Source: Planctomycetota bacterium
GTDB lineage: Bacteria > Planctomycetota > UBA1135
DNA length: 64,000 nt
Direction: 5' to 3'
Assembly (NCBI GenBank): GCA_045047305.1
Contig: JASFYO010000004.1
Coordinates: 16,365 to 80,364, forward strand
Shown here: positions 20,986 to 31,981 of the stretch, one piece after another
Position numbering within the stretch: position 1 is the first letter of the stretch
Layout: the number at the start of each line of letters is the position of its first letter
Notes under the pieces: model-generated
Told to the model about the DNA's origin: nothing
Database searches by the model: none
Seen by the model: only the letters and a program-made list of their open reading frames with translations
Translations under genes and position numbers: made by a program

Positions 20986-22370
20986 TAGATGTTGCGGAAG
21001 CGTAGGGACTTAGCCAGCAATGGATCACCGACTGGAAGAAGTGCTTGCTTGGCGGAACGACGTGCAACGCCGAAGACCATGACACCAAACATTCCAACAA
21101 CAAGGCTAACCTCCATGATCCCAAATGGGTTCTCGAAGCCAACTTCGCTGCGATGGTAGTTTGGCATCACCAGCCAATACATGTCGAGGAATTGCATCGT
21201 CAACATGTAATAAGCCCAACCCAAAAGGATATTGGTATTGCGCTTCACATGCCGTGAAAGCAACCCACCGAACGGGATGATGAGATGGAATACCAACAGA
21301 CACCAAGTCCAAGTGCTCCATCCTGCGGTGAGGCGAGCCCCGTAGAAGGCGGTTTCCTCAGGAAGGTTGGCGTACCAGATCAACATGAACTGGGAGAAAG
21401 CGATGTAACCCCAGAAGAAGGTGAATGCAAACAACCATTTACCAAGGTCATGGTAATGCTCATCATGAATGACTTCTGTAAGCAGACCATTTTTCTGACA
21501 ATACTTTGCCATGATGATGATCCAAGCAACTGAGCTCAAAAACGCGCCGGCAAAGATGTACACACCGAAAATCGTACTGAACCAAGTTTCATCGAGCGAC
21601 ATCAATAAGTCGAAGGAAGCGAAACTGATGGTAAAAGCGAAGATGATGATGGTGACAGCACTCTTCCGCTTCACGGCAAGAGTTGGGTCGTAATTTGGAG
21701 CCGTATCCTGCTCTACAGACTTCTTATAGAAGTAACGCGACAGCAACATCCAAATCAGGAAGTATGCGAGTAAACGCCCAGCAAAGAACTTTCGATTCAG
21801 GAATGGAAACTTGTGCTCAACAAATTTCGTGTGTTCCGCATGAGCAAGTTTTTCCGCATTGCTGTGACCACCCTCGCCGGCATGTTGCTCAACAACAACG
21901 CCTTCAACAGCGTGACTTACTTCAGAAACATCTGCTGCAGCATCATGAGCTACCTCGTCAACTGCGATGACCGCACCATGTTCATCGTGGCCCATGGTTG
22001 CCCATTTCCACACGCTAACATCGTCGCTAAAGAGAGGGACCAAAAGTGGAAGCGCGAATAACGCTACCAATGGCATGTTCGCCATGCTCAATTCTGCCAA
22101 ACGACGCACAGTCACGCTCCAGTGAGCATTCACCATGTGCTGGAGGACGCTGAAGAACATGCTGCCCAAAGTAATGGTCAGCAAGAATGCAAACGCCACC
22201 AGATAGGCGAACCAGAAGTGAGTGTGTCCATCTTCTGCCCCATTCATGAACCCCAGCATGGCACCAACGCCAAGGCCGAGTATGGCAAGAAGCAAGCCTA
22301 GCTGGGTCGCCTTTTGCGCGACGTCCCCGGCTTGGTTATTACCTTTGAGATTAAGTTTTTCGAAACTCAT
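20985..22370 (-). CDS. actF: Alternative complex III membrane subunit ActF
   Basis: Polytopic; WSVTVRRLAE, FDLLMSLDETWFSTIFG, FSQFMLIWYANLPEE. Confidence 0.9.
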   Translation of the reverse strand: MSFEKLNLKGNNQAGDVAQKATQLGLLLAILGLGVGAMLGFMNGAEDGHTHFWFAYLVAFAFLLTITLGSMFFSVLQHMVNAHWSVTVRRLAELSMANMPLVALFALPLLVPLFSDDVSVWKWATMGHDEHGAVIAVDEVAHDAAADVSEVSHAVEGVVVEQHAGEGGHSNAEKLAHAEHTKFVEHKFPFLNRKFFAGRLLAYFLIWMLLSRYFYKKSVEQDTAPNYDPTLAVKRKSAVTIIIFAFTISFASFDLLMSLDETWFSTIFGVYIFAGAFLSSVAWIIIMAKYCQKNGLLTEVIHDEHYHDLGKWLFAFTFFWGYIAFSQFMLIWYANLPEETAFYGARLTAGWSTWTWCLLVFHLIIPFGGLLSRHVKRNTNILLGWAYYMLTMQFLDMYWLVMPNYHRSEVGFENPFGIMEVSLVVGMFGVMVFGVARRSAKQALLPVGDPLLAKSLRFRNI

Positions 22371-22380
22371 GGTTTCAGCC

Positions 22381-23874
22381 CTACTTCTGGGTCTTGAGGT
22401 ATTCGATGAGATCCGAAATCTCTTCGTCGGTCAGAGGGTCACCAGCAAGAACCATGGCACCCTTGATGGCGCCTTGGCGAGTCTTAGCCGGTGGGTCGAG
22501 AATCGACTCTTTTATGTAGGCCTCATTTGCAATGATGGTGTCGCCAGTATCGAGCGTTAGCTCCGAGCCAAGCAAACCATTCAGCGGAGGGCCGACGAGT
22601 GGGGTTCCATTCAAACTGTGACATCCCACACAGGTTTTCTGCGTGAACAGAATCTCACCGCGAGAGGCTGCACCGAGGGCTGCCATTTCTTCCGGAGAGA
22701 GTGCGTTCATCGCTTCGACTTCTTGTAGAACGCGCAAGTAGGCGATGATGGCCCAGCGGTCTTTGGCCGGGATCTGTGCCGCGTAACTAGGCATGGTGCG
22801 ACGCCCATTTGAAATGGTTTCAAAGATTAAGCCGTCCGCCTGTTTTGCAATGAGGTCCACCGTAAGGTTGGTTGGAGGAACCCAAGTTGCGTGGCCGATG
22901 TCTGCCAACTTCATCGCGCGATGATGAATCAGACCTTTGCCTTTTCCATCCTCACCGTGACAAACTCCACAGTAGATTTCGAAGCGTTCTTGACCGCGAT
23001 CAAGAAAGGCCTCAGTAACTTCCACCTGCGGAGGGAAGCTAGTGACGTACTCGCCATTCTCTTTCCCCGTTTCTAGAGAAGCGTGAATGAAGCGCTGATC
23101 TTGTGCAATGGTGCCAACAAGCTGATCGCGGGTCATGCGCCCATCTTCAAACAACGTGGTTTCACCTTGCGCACGGAAACGATCCTGCTTGTCCATGTCT
23201 GGAATCAAGTGAACCCGAGGCTTCGTGGTGGTGCTTCCGTAAGAAGCATAGACCATGGCTGGCGGGACGAGCATCAAACAAGCAACCACCCAAAGGTTAC
23301 CCTTGATTTTTGCTGGTAGCACACTTGGCTCGCTGGCCTCGAAGACTTCCTCGACTTGCAGAGCGCCAATCTCATTTAAAAGTGCCGTAGAAGAAGCGAG
23401 GTCGAACTTCTTGTCCTTGGCGTGCAAGGCAATGAAGAAGCTATCGTCGGTGGCGTGGGCAAAACGCTCGTTGCGGAACAACGGGTGGTACCAGCGTGGT
23501 AGACGGTTCGCGATCCACATTGAGAAAAAGGCTGTGAATGCCGCAAACAGAACCGTCATTTCAAAAATGATCGGGATGTTTGCTGGCAACGACCAAACCG
23601 GTTTACCGGAAATATCGTAGGTGTAATCCACAGCGTTGGTCCAATACTGAAGGTACATACCAGCAAGAAGACCGGTGATACCCATGATGAGGATGACCCA
23701 AGGCAAACGCGTGAAGCGAATACCCATGGCATCGTCTAATCCGTGTACTGGGAAAGGTGAGTGGCAATCCCACTTCTTGTAACCAGCATCGCGGACTTTT
23801 TCAGCAGCACGGTAAAGCGCAGTGACATCTTTGAATTCAGCGACTACGCCGTAAAGTTCTTTGTCTGCAGTCAT
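22381..23874 (-). CDS. actDE: ActD-ActE fusion with an additional C-terminal cytochrome c domain
   Basis: N-terminal DUF3341-type (SPFPVHGLD, IIFEMTVLFA); ActE-like DMDKQ...CGVCH...MPSY; second heme motif CVGCH. Confidence 0.85.
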   Translation of the reverse strand: MTADKELYGVVAEFKDVTALYRAAEKVRDAGYKKWDCHSPFPVHGLDDAMGIRFTRLPWVILIMGITGLLAGMYLQYWTNAVDYTYDISGKPVWSLPANIPIIFEMTVLFAAFTAFFSMWIANRLPRWYHPLFRNERFAHATDDSFFIALHAKDKKFDLASSTALLNEIGALQVEEVFEASEPSVLPAKIKGNLWVVACLMLVPPAMVYASYGSTTTKPRVHLIPDMDKQDRFRAQGETTLFEDGRMTRDQLVGTIAQDQRFIHASLETGKENGEYVTSFPPQVEVTEAFLDRGQERFEIYCGVCHGEDGKGKGLIHHRAMKLADIGHATWVPPTNLTVDLIAKQADGLIFETISNGRRTMPSYAAQIPAKDRWAIIAYLRVLQEVEAMNALSPEEMAALGAASRGEILFTQKTCVGCHSLNGTPLVGPPLNGLLGSELTLDTGDTIIANEAYIKESILDPPAKTRQGAIKGAMVLAGDPLTDEEISDLIEYLKTQK

Positions 23875-23885
23875 CGTTTTTCCTC

Positions 23886-25271
23886 CTAGTGATCGTCGAG
23901 GTGAGGATGAGCCTGAGGCATGACGTTCTTGACTTCCGAGAGCGCAACCTGTGGCAGGTAGCGACAGAAGAGCATGAACAGAGTGAAGAAGAGACCGAAG
24001 CTACCCATGAGGGTGAGAACGTCGACCCAAGTCGGGCTGAAGTAATGCCAGCTCGAAGGTAGGAAGTCGCGGTTCAACGAGGTGACCACAATCACAAAGC
24101 GTTCAAACCACATACCAATGTTGACGAAGATCGACATGATGAAAACCAACGGAAGGTTGCGGCGTGCTTTCTTGAACCAGAAAATCTGTGGTGAAAGAAC
24201 GTTGCAGCTGACCATGATCCAGTAACCCCACCAGTAAGGACCGAAGGCGCGGTTGACGAAGGTGAAGCCCTCGTAAGCATTGCCCGAGTACCAAGCCATG
24301 AAGAATTCCATGGAGTAGGCGTATCCAACCATCATCCCGGTTGCCATGATCACCTTACACATGTTGTCGATGTGTCGCAGGGTAATCAGCTCCTCGAGGT
24401 GGAACATCTTGCGTGCCGGAATCGAGAGTGTAAGCACCATCGCGAAACCGGAGAAGATTGCACCCGCAACAAAGTAAGGTGGAAGAATCGTGGTGTGCCA
24501 ACCGGAAAGTTGCGATGTCGCGAAGTCAAATGACACGACCGAGTGCACGGAAAGTACCAGTGGCGTAGCGAGTGCTGCCAAGATGAGATAGACGCGCTCA
24601 TAGCGATGCCAGTGACGGTTTGATCCGTTCCAACCCAAGGCAAACAAGCCATACCAAAACCTCTTGGCTTTTGTCTTTGCACGATCACGCACCGTAGCGA
24701 GGTCAGGCACGAGGCCCATGTACCAAAAGAGAAGCGAGACGGAAAAGTAAGTGGAGACCGCAAAAACATCCCACAGCAGTGGCGAACGGAAGTTTGGCCA
24801 CATCGACATCTGGTTCGGAATCGGGAACACCCACCAAATCACCCAAATACGACCGACGTGAATCGCCGGGAACATACCTGCACAGATGACCGCGAAAATC
24901 GTCATCGCTTCCGCAAAGCGGTTAATGCCAGTTCGCCAATCCTGACGGAAGAGAAACAGCACAGCCGAAATCAGCGTACCCGCGTGACCAATACCAACCC
25001 AGAACACGAAGTTCACGATTGGCCAGCCCCAAGCAACTGGCTGGTTGTTACCCCAAACACCAACACCCGTGGTGATGAGATAGACAATCATGGCGCCAAG
25101 CACACCCAAGAAAGCGACCGCAATGGTGAAGATGATGTACCAAGACTTTGGTGGCTTGGGAGCTTCAAGAACTCCACAGACCATTTCGGTTACGGTGTGA
25201 AAATCGTTTTCACCTTGAACGAGTGCTTCAGGGAAGATGTCTCGCTCGTCAACAGGAGTTGCATTAACCAT
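23886..25271 (-). CDS. actC: Alternative complex III quinol-oxidising subunit ActC (NrfD family)
   Basis: [52 protein letters not shown]. Confidence 0.95.
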   Translation of the reverse strand: MVNATPVDERDIFPEALVQGENDFHTVTEMVCGVLEAPKPPKSWYIIFTIAVAFLGVLGAMIVYLITTGVGVWGNNQPVAWGWPIVNFVFWVGIGHAGTLISAVLFLFRQDWRTGINRFAEAMTIFAVICAGMFPAIHVGRIWVIWWVFPIPNQMSMWPNFRSPLLWDVFAVSTYFSVSLLFWYMGLVPDLATVRDRAKTKAKRFWYGLFALGWNGSNRHWHRYERVYLILAALATPLVLSVHSVVSFDFATSQLSGWHTTILPPYFVAGAIFSGFAMVLTLSIPARKMFHLEELITLRHIDNMCKVIMATGMMVGYAYSMEFFMAWYSGNAYEGFTFVNRAFGPYWWGYWIMVSCNVLSPQIFWFKKARRNLPLVFIMSIFVNIGMWFERFVIVVTSLNRDFLPSSWHYFSPTWVDVLTLMGSFGLFFTLFMLFCRYLPQVALSEVKNVMPQAHPHLDDH

Positions 25272-28260
25272 GGCTGACGACCTCCTCAGATACCGCGACG
25301 GTTTCTAGCGAAGGATGTGGATTGCGGATGCGCGCAAGGAAGGAGATCCGCGGTTTGTTGTTCAACTCCGGGAGCAGCTTGTAGGCGCGGTCATCGGCCT
25401 GGGTCTTGAGAACCCGACTGCCTTTATCGAGAAGATCACCAAAGGTGATGGCATCTGCTGGACAGACTTGCTCACAAGCGACCTGAACCACCCCATCTTG
25501 AATGCGTGTTTCGCGCTCAGCATTGCGGGTATCAATCCGCGCACGCTCGATGCGTTGCACACAGAAGGAGCATTTCTCCATCACACCGCGGGAGCGCACC
25601 GTTACGTCTGGATTCGCTGCCATGGCAAGGACTTCGTTGCCAGGCTTGGCCGCATCCTTGTTGAAGTTAAAGAAGTTGAAGCGGCGCACTTTGTATGGGC
25701 AGTTGTTTGCGCAGTAGCGCGTGCCGATACAACGGTTGTAAACCATGTCGTTAAGGCCTTCCTGACTGTGCGTTGTTGCAGCTACCGGACAGACGCTCTC
25801 ACATGGTGCCAACTCGCAATGTGCGCAGTTGATGGGCTGGTTGATGGCCGTTGGATTCTCGACGTCGCCGAGGAAGTAACGGTCCATGCGAATCCAAGCC
25901 ATCTCGCGGCCGCGAAGCACTTGCTCCTTGCCGACCACAGCAACGTTGTTCTCAGACTGACAAGCAATGGTGCAGTTTCCACATCCAGTACAAGATGCCA
26001 AGTCAATCGACATCCCCCACTTGTGGTCCGTGACCTTGTCCTTATCTAGCTCTTGCCACAGAGTCGTCTCTGAACCCCAGTAATCTGCTGCCGCCTTGGC
26101 GAACAGTGGATCCTTCTTGAACTCGGACAAGGAACCTTCCTTCACCAATTCCGGCAGACGCTCTTGCGTTCCTTCCGCACCAATCGCATCCATCGCAAAG
26201 TGATCCTGCGTGGTGGCGAGGCGGTAATGGCCTTTCGTTGCAGTGACGTTCACCGCAGTGAGGTCCATGGCATCGGAACCGCGCAAACTGAAGGTGTTAA
26301 AACCAACAGGCTCAATCGCATCGTCGTTGAGACCCGCGACGTGACCGGCATCGGTGCGTCCGTAACCGTAGGCGAGGGTAATCGAATCGTCGGCGTGCCC
26401 CGGCATTAGGTAGACCGCGACCTCGAGGGTGCGACCGTTCACCTCTAGCTTGACCATGCCTTCGTGGTTTACGCCAAGACGCTTGCCAGTAGCAAAGGAC
26501 ATGAGTGCTGCGTTATCCCAAGTGAGCTTGGTCATTGGGTCCGGCAACTCTTGCAACCAACCAAGGTTGGCGTAGCGGCCATCGCGAATCGCGAAGTGAG
26601 GCGTGAAACGAAGCTCCATGCCCTCCGCTACAGGTGCGAGGTCCGGCAACGAAGCCAGGCTCACCTTCAATGCAGTGGCGGATGAACCTGCAATTATTCC
26701 ATCGAGCAGAGCGTTATGCCAAGCGCTATCGGAGAGGCCAGCGGTTTGGCGAACTATGTCCATCGACGACTCGTGCTTGCCGAGCATCATGGAAATCATT
26801 TCGCAAGCCGATTTGCCCTTCCAAAGAGGAGTAATCAGTGGCTGACCAATCGAGCGAGTGCCGTCGGCGCCAAGGCCATCGGTCCAAGCTTCGAGGTCAT
26901 GCGCCATCGGCATGTGATAAGAACACTTGCGCGAGGTCTCATCGCGGTACTCACTGAGGTGAATGCTGTTGGTAACTTTGCCCAGCGCCGCGCCAAACTC
27001 AAGGTCGGCAGGCATGGTGAAGGTTGGGTTGCCACCAAGAATGACGAGATTCTCAATCTCCCCGGCATTCATTTTGCCAACGAGAGCCTTGACCGCGCCC
27101 ATTCCAGAACCGACGGCGGTTGCAGGGAGGTAATTCACGGTGCGACCAAGCGCGCCGATTTGCACGTTCAATGCTGCGACGTGCGCGTGGACTTCTGCAG
27201 GCTGGTTCGGGCCACAAGTAAGAACAGCTGCGCCCTTATTGTGGTTCAGGTCATCGACCAAGGCATCGAGGAAGGCATCGGCGCCTTTCGCGTCAAGCAC
27301 TGGGGCAGAACCACCATTCAACTTCGCGCTCAGAGCAGTAACAAAGCTACCGATGTCCGAGGAACGCAAAGGAAGGCGGTGATCCGCAAAACCACCGGTG
27401 ACGGTGAAGTTTGCCTCAATCGAGTAGATGCGGCTCATCCACTCAGCGTTCGGCTTGCGCTTAGCGGCAGCCTCACGGGTTAGGCGAACCGCAGATGGGC
27501 CTTCGGTCAAGAAATCGTCATCCAGTGCGACAATAATCTTGGCATCGGCCATGTTGTAGTAAGGACGCGCCGCCTGGTTAAAGGCAAGACGACAACCCTC
27601 CACTTCGGCGCTGCGGTCGTTAGCGGAGTACTCGACCCAAGTTGCCGACGGGTGCGCCTGCATAAACGCAGCCTTCATCCGAGCGATACTTGGAGAAGTG
27701 GTTGGCTCGGAAAGAACCGCAACCTTTGCTCCAGCGCCACTGTTTTGGATGCCGCCAAGTGCAGCCTTAACCGCATCAACGCTGACATCGCTTTCGACGC
27801 CATCGGTGTAGCTTGCGGCAGAGCGACTGCGGTCTGGATCGTAGAGACCCAAAGTTGCAGCCTGCGCGGTTGCCGAAGTCGCTCCCAGCGATTCCGGATG
27901 CCCAGTGTTACCTTCAATCTTGGTTGGGTGGCCGTCGAAGCTAGTCACCATGACGCCTTCCGCAAAACCATCTCGGTTAAGAATGGTTGCGAATGCGCGT
28001 GGTGTGCCCGGAACGGTTCCCGGAGTGCGGGAAACTACAGGCAGTAGCTTTTCCTGGTCCCAACGACAACTTGCAGTAGCAAGGGCAACTGAAGCACCCA
28101 TCAACTGCAAAAAGCGGCGACGTGAAGTTTGTGTCCATTCCTCTTCAGGCTCAGACTGGAACTCGTTGGCCATCAGCTCTTTGAACTCGGTCGTTTGACC
28201 AAGGTCGTTGAGGCTGCGCCAGTAACGTTTCGTAGATGCGGAACGATTCATCGGTGACAA
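25264..28260 (-). CDS. actB: Alternative complex III subunit ActB (molybdopterin-oxidoreductase-like domain plus Fe-S domain)
   Basis: YWRSL, Tat motif SRRRFLQ, Fe-S motifs [43 protein letters not shown]...C...CP. Confidence 0.95.
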   Translation of the reverse strand: MSPMNRSASTKRYWRSLNDLGQTTEFKELMANEFQSEPEEEWTQTSRRRFLQLMGASVALATASCRWDQEKLLPVVSRTPGTVPGTPRAFATILNRDGFAEGVMVTSFDGHPTKIEGNTGHPESLGATSATAQAATLGLYDPDRSRSAASYTDGVESDVSVDAVKAALGGIQNSGAGAKVAVLSEPTTSPSIARMKAAFMQAHPSATWVEYSANDRSAEVEGCRLAFNQAARPYYNMADAKIIVALDDDFLTEGPSAVRLTREAAAKRKPNAEWMSRIYSIEANFTVTGGFADHRLPLRSSDIGSFVTALSAKLNGGSAPVLDAKGADAFLDALVDDLNHNKGAAVLTCGPNQPAEVHAHVAALNVQIGALGRTVNYLPATAVGSGMGAVKALVGKMNAGEIENLVILGGNPTFTMPADLEFGAALGKVTNSIHLSEYRDETSRKCSYHMPMAHDLEAWTDGLGADGTRSIGQPLITPLWKGKSACEMISMMLGKHESSMDIVRQTAGLSDSAWHNALLDGIIAGSSATALKVSLASLPDLAPVAEGMELRFTPHFAIRDGRYANLGWLQELPDPMTKLTWDNAALMSFATGKRLGVNHEGMVKLEVNGRTLEVAVYLMPGHADDSITLAYGYGRTDAGHVAGLNDDAIEPVGFNTFSLRGSDAMDLTAVNVTATKGHYRLATTQDHFAMDAIGAEGTQERLPELVKEGSLSEFKKDPLFAKAAADYWGSETTLWQELDKDKVTDHKWGMSIDLASCTGCGNCTIACQSENNVAVVGKEQVLRGREMAWIRMDRYFLGDVENPTAINQPINCAHCELAPCESVCPVAATTHSQEGLNDMVYNRCIGTRYCANNCPYKVRRFNFFNFNKDAAKPGNEVLAMAANPDVTVRSRGVMEKCSFCVQRIERARIDTRNAERETRIQDGVVQVACEQVCPADAITFGDLLDKGSRVLKTQADDRAYKLLPELNNKPRISFLARIRNPHPSLETVAVSEEVVSHG

Positions 28261-28898
28261 GTAGTGCAGTCTTGGCGTGGGTGGATGTGGTTTTCTTCCA
28301 TGAGACGTTCGCCTAACTCGAAGCGGTCTTCATGAGTTTCCCAACCGAGGTCGGTAACCAACTCGCGGGGGCGCAAGTGGGTTTGTGGTTCACGGTGACA
28401 CTCAAGGCACCATCCCATGGAAAGCGGCTCTTCTTGACGTACGCGCTCCATCTGGTCAACGCGGCCGTGGCATTCGACACAACTGACGCCGGCACTCAAG
28501 TGAGCGCTGTGATTGAAGTATGCGAACTCAGGAAGGTCGTGTACGCGCACCCACTCCACAGGCTTGCCCGTTTCCGCACTCTCGAACAGCGGCTTCAAAA
28601 GCGGACTGTCGGTGCGAATGCTCTTGTGGCAGTTCATGCAAGTTGAAGTTGGAGGGATCGCAGCCATCGCACCCTTCTCAACGGTGTTGTGGCAGTAGCG
28701 ACAGTCCATCTCCAATTCACCTGCGTGAAGAGCATGACTAAATGGGATCGGCTGTTCCGGCGCGTAACCTACGTTGAGGTTCTCAGCCGAAAATGCATAA
28801 GCCATCAAAACCACCGCGTAAACGGGGATTAAGATTGCTGCGAAACCCATGACTGGACGAATCGAATCCGTCCACCGTGGAAAGTGGTAGGCACTCAT
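28248..28898 (-). CDS. actA: Alternative complex III pentaheme cytochrome c ActA
   Basis: One TM, QPIPFSH, five CxxCH motifs (CRYCH, CMNCH, CVECH, CLECH, CTTCH). Confidence 0.93.
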   Translation of the reverse strand: MSAYHFPRWTDSIRPVMGFAAILIPVYAVVLMAYAFSAENLNVGYAPEQPIPFSHALHAGELEMDCRYCHNTVEKGAMAAIPPTSTCMNCHKSIRTDSPLLKPLFESAETGKPVEWVRVHDLPEFAYFNHSAHLSAGVSCVECHGRVDQMERVRQEEPLSMGWCLECHREPQTHLRPRELVTDLGWETHEDRFELGERLMEENHIHPRQDCTTCHR

Positions 28899-29030
28899 TT
28901 GGAAGCGGGAGTTCTTCCACCGGGGGTCTGCTCATGAAGCCATGAGTTCGGACACGCGGTTTTGGCCGCAAAGTTTAACGGTTCCCTATGAATCCTGAAA
29001 GTAGGCATACGCAAAGACCTGAAATATTTT

Positions 29031-29059
29031 CCTAAGTCTTGGAATTTCTAGGACTTAGG
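29031..29059. promoter_or_regulatory. 29-bp imperfect palindrome upstream of the ACIII-caa3 operon
   Basis: CCTAAGTCTTGGAA-T-TTCTAGGACTTAGG, 12 of 14 arm positions complementary. Confidence 0.55.
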
Positions 29060-29147
29060 GCGTTATTGAGACCTGCTCGCAAGTAGGCAAAGAGGGCCTT
29101 ATATTTCCCTCTTGAGAAAGTCCCCTAAGTGCCGCAGTCTCGGTGCT

Positions 29148-30296
29148 TTAGAGCGGAAACTTACCTTGCATCCGCTCCGCGTCGCCCTGTTCGGCCACAA
29201 TTCGGAGGGCTTCAATGACCTGACGGGTCAGATGTTTCGGCGGCACCGCATATACATCGGTGACCAAGGACTCCAATTCCGGGTCCCCCACTTGCTCGGC
29301 ATGCTCGATGGCAGCCCTAATTTCGCTGGCTAGTGCGGAAGAAATCTCTTGGCGCAGCGCCTCCGTGAGAAGACCCTTTTGGGTCAGGAAGGATTCCATC
29401 CGCGAAAGAGGGTCGCGCTGAGACCAATACTTCACCTCTGCGTCGTCGCGGTAGCGGGTTGGATCGTCGGAACTAGAGTGCCCACCCATGCGATAACTAC
29501 GCAGAGCGACCAAACTCGGACCTTCTCCAGAGCGGGCGCGGTCGGCAGCCTCTTGAACGGCATCAAATACCGCAACGGGGTCATTCCCGTCCACGTCGGC
29601 GCCGGGCATTCCATACGCCTTAGCCTTTGCGCCGTAAGAACTGGCGGCTGTTTGCCTCGCGCTGGGCACCGAAATCGCCCAACCATTATCGATGATGACG
29701 AACACCACCGGCGCTTTGGTCACGGCAGCAAAGTTCATCGCGCTATGAAATCCGTTCGCGGAGGTTGCGCCGTCCCCGGTGTATGCCAAGACCACATTTT
29801 TTTCGCCGCGCACTTTCATGGCGAGTGCTGCACCGACCGCGTGCGGCAGTTGCGTTCCAAGCACGCTCGACCACGATGGAAAGTTCACTGCGGCACATTG
29901 AAAGTGGTTCGGCATCTGCCGCCCTTTCGCCGAGTCTTCCGCATTCCCAAACATATGCGCCACGTATTCCTGAATCGGCATGCCACGTTGGATGGTCACT
30001 CCCCCTTCGCGCAGTGCGGAGTAAATCCAATCATCCTTTCCGAACACTGCGGCCGAGGCATGGATGGCAGCTTCTTGCCCGGTCGATGTGCCGACAAAAG
30101 CAACCCGACCTTGACGTTGCAGTTTTAACATCCGGTCGTCCATCACCCGCGTGCATAGCATCGCGTGGTAGATCGACATTAAGGTTTCATCATTGGGGAC
30201 GATGCCTTTGTAACTCTTCAACAAAGCGGATCCATCCTCCCGCAAAGCTTTGCGCAAGGTCACTCCCTTCTGATCGAGTAACCGGATGTCGGACAT
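29148..30296 (-). CDS. 2-oxoacid dehydrogenase E1 alpha subunit (paralog 2)
   Basis: LQRQGR, KGRQMPNHF, ThDP motif GDGATS...DNGWAIS, YRMGGHSSSDDP. Confidence 0.92.
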   Translation of the reverse strand: MSDIRLLDQKGVTLRKALREDGSALLKSYKGIVPNDETLMSIYHAMLCTRVMDDRMLKLQRQGRVAFVGTSTGQEAAIHASAAVFGKDDWIYSALREGGVTIQRGMPIQEYVAHMFGNAEDSAKGRQMPNHFQCAAVNFPSWSSVLGTQLPHAVGAALAMKVRGEKNVVLAYTGDGATSANGFHSAMNFAAVTKAPVVFVIIDNGWAISVPSARQTAASSYGAKAKAYGMPGADVDGNDPVAVFDAVQEAADRARSGEGPSLVALRSYRMGGHSSSDDPTRYRDDAEVKYWSQRDPLSRMESFLTQKGLLTEALRQEISSALASEIRAAIEHAEQVGDPELESLVTDVYAVPPKHLTRQVIEALRIVAEQGDAERMQGKFPL

Positions 30297-30308
30297 CTTG
30301 GTTTCTGC

Positions 30309-31970
30309 CTACAGCAGCATCAGTGCTGGGTCTTCCAATAGTTCGCGCACGCGCACCATAAAGCGCGCACCATCGGCGCCGTCCACAATGCGGTGGTCAA
30401 TGCTAATCGAAAGGTTCATCACCATGGCCGCAACGATGTCATCGCCTTTGCAGCGTGGCATCTTGCGCATCGAGTGCACGCCCATGATGGCGGCTTCAGG
30501 ATAGTTGATGATCGGAGTTGCGAGTACTCCACCAATACTTCCCGCATTACTAATCGAGAAAGTGCTGTCGGAGAAATCAGCGGGCTTCAACTTGCCAGTG
30601 CGCGCACGTGCGGCAATGTCCATCAAGTCGGCAGACAACTGCAGAATGTTCTTCAAGTTTGCGTCCTTGATCACCGGGACCATCAAGCCATTCGGCGTGT
30701 CGACAGCGATACCCAGGTTGACGTAGTGCTTCTCCTTAATGAAACCCGCTTCCTCATCTAACTCTGCGTTGAGTTGTGGGTATTCGGTCAAGGCCATGGC
30801 GGTCGCCTTCATGATGTAGCCCATGTAAGTCACCTTGACGCCATAACGCTCGCCAACCTTCTTGGCCTTGCCACGCGCTTCGATCATCTCGGTGCAATCG
30901 ACTTCCTCAATTAAGGAAAAGTGCGTTGCGGTGAACTTAGAGCGCACCATGGCTTCCGCAGTCTTGCGACGGATGCCACGGAATGGAATCTCCTTCACTT
31001 CGCGTGCACCCATGACTTGTGGGAAGCTTGGCAGTGCAGCAACTGGCGCGGCTGCTGGAGCTGCGGCGACGGGCGGAGCAGCCACTGGCGGTGCAGCCAC
31101 TGGGACAGCTGCTACTGCGGGTGCGGCAATCGGAGCTGCCGCTGGAGCTGCGCCAGCTGATGCTGCCGCGCGGACATCTTCAGGCTTCACCCGACCGTTG
31201 GGGCCACTGCCGTTGATGGTGGTTAAATCCACACTCAACTCGCGCGCTAAACGACGGGTTGCCGGTGCGGCAAGAACCTTGCGATTGGGGTCTGCAGGCA
31301 CCAAGTTTGCGGCTGGTGCGGCTACGGCGGCAGGTGCGGCAACGTTGGATGCTGCTGCAGGTGCGGCGGCGACAGCACCACCACCACTGGTTGCAATGAT
31401 GAAGATGACATCGCCAACTTTGGCAACTTCACCTTCAGCGACCAAGGTCTTTTGCAAAACGCCTGCAGCTGGAGCAGGAATCTCGACCGTAGCTTTGTCG
31501 GTCATCACTTCCACGATGGGATCGTCTTCCGCAATGGTGTCACCTTCTTTGGCAATCCACTGCACGATTTCACCTTCGTGCACACCTTCACCGATGTCGG
31601 GTAGTTGGAACTCAAGCGTTCCACCGCCAGCAGCTGGTGCTGCGGCTGCGACAGCCGGAGCTTCCACGGCAGGAGACACAACTGGGGCAGCTTCTGCGGC
31701 AGGTGCCGGAGCTGCAGCAGCGCCACCCGCACCACTTTCAATCACGAAGATGACATCGCCAACATTCGCGACATCGCCTTCCGCAAACAAATGCTTGGAT
31801 ACGGTGCCCGACGCTGGTGCAGGAATCTCCACCGTTGCTTTGTCGGTCATCACTTCGACCACCGGATCATCTTCCTGGACTGCGGCACCTTCGGCCACAA
31901 TCCAACGCACGATTTCACCTTCGTGGACACCTTCGCCGATGTCCGGGAGTTGGAACTCAAGAGTAGTCAT
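30309..31970 (-). CDS. 2-oxoacid dehydrogenase E2 (dihydrolipoamide acyltransferase) with two lipoyl domains
   Basis: Two EFQLPDIGEGVHEGEI...VMTDKATVEIP domains, Ala/Pro linkers, E3-binding APATRRLARE, catalytic DHRIVDG. Confidence 0.95.
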   Translation of the reverse strand: MTTLEFQLPDIGEGVHEGEIVRWIVAEGAAVQEDDPVVEVMTDKATVEIPAPASGTVSKHLFAEGDVANVGDVIFVIESGAGGAAAAPAPAAEAAPVVSPAVEAPAVAAAAPAAGGGTLEFQLPDIGEGVHEGEIVQWIAKEGDTIAEDDPIVEVMTDKATVEIPAPAAGVLQKTLVAEGEVAKVGDVIFIIATSGGGAVAAAPAAASNVAAPAAVAAPAANLVPADPNRKVLAAPATRRLARELSVDLTTINGSGPNGRVKPEDVRAAASAGAAPAAAPIAAPAVAAVPVAAPPVAAPPVAAAPAAAPVAALPSFPQVMGAREVKEIPFRGIRRKTAEAMVRSKFTATHFSLIEEVDCTEMIEARGKAKKVGERYGVKVTYMGYIMKATAMALTEYPQLNAELDEEAGFIKEKHYVNLGIAVDTPNGLMVPVIKDANLKNILQLSADLMDIAARARTGKLKPADFSDSTFSISNAGSIGGVLATPIINYPEAAIMGVHSMRKMPRCKGDDIVAAMVMNLSISIDHRIVDGADGARFMVRVRELLEDPALMLL

Positions 31971-31981
31971 GATTTTTTGTT

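Noticed and set aside
31380..31965. Direct DNA repeat of about 230 bp
   Set aside because: Explained by the two lipoyl domains of E2; not a mobile or regulatory repeat.
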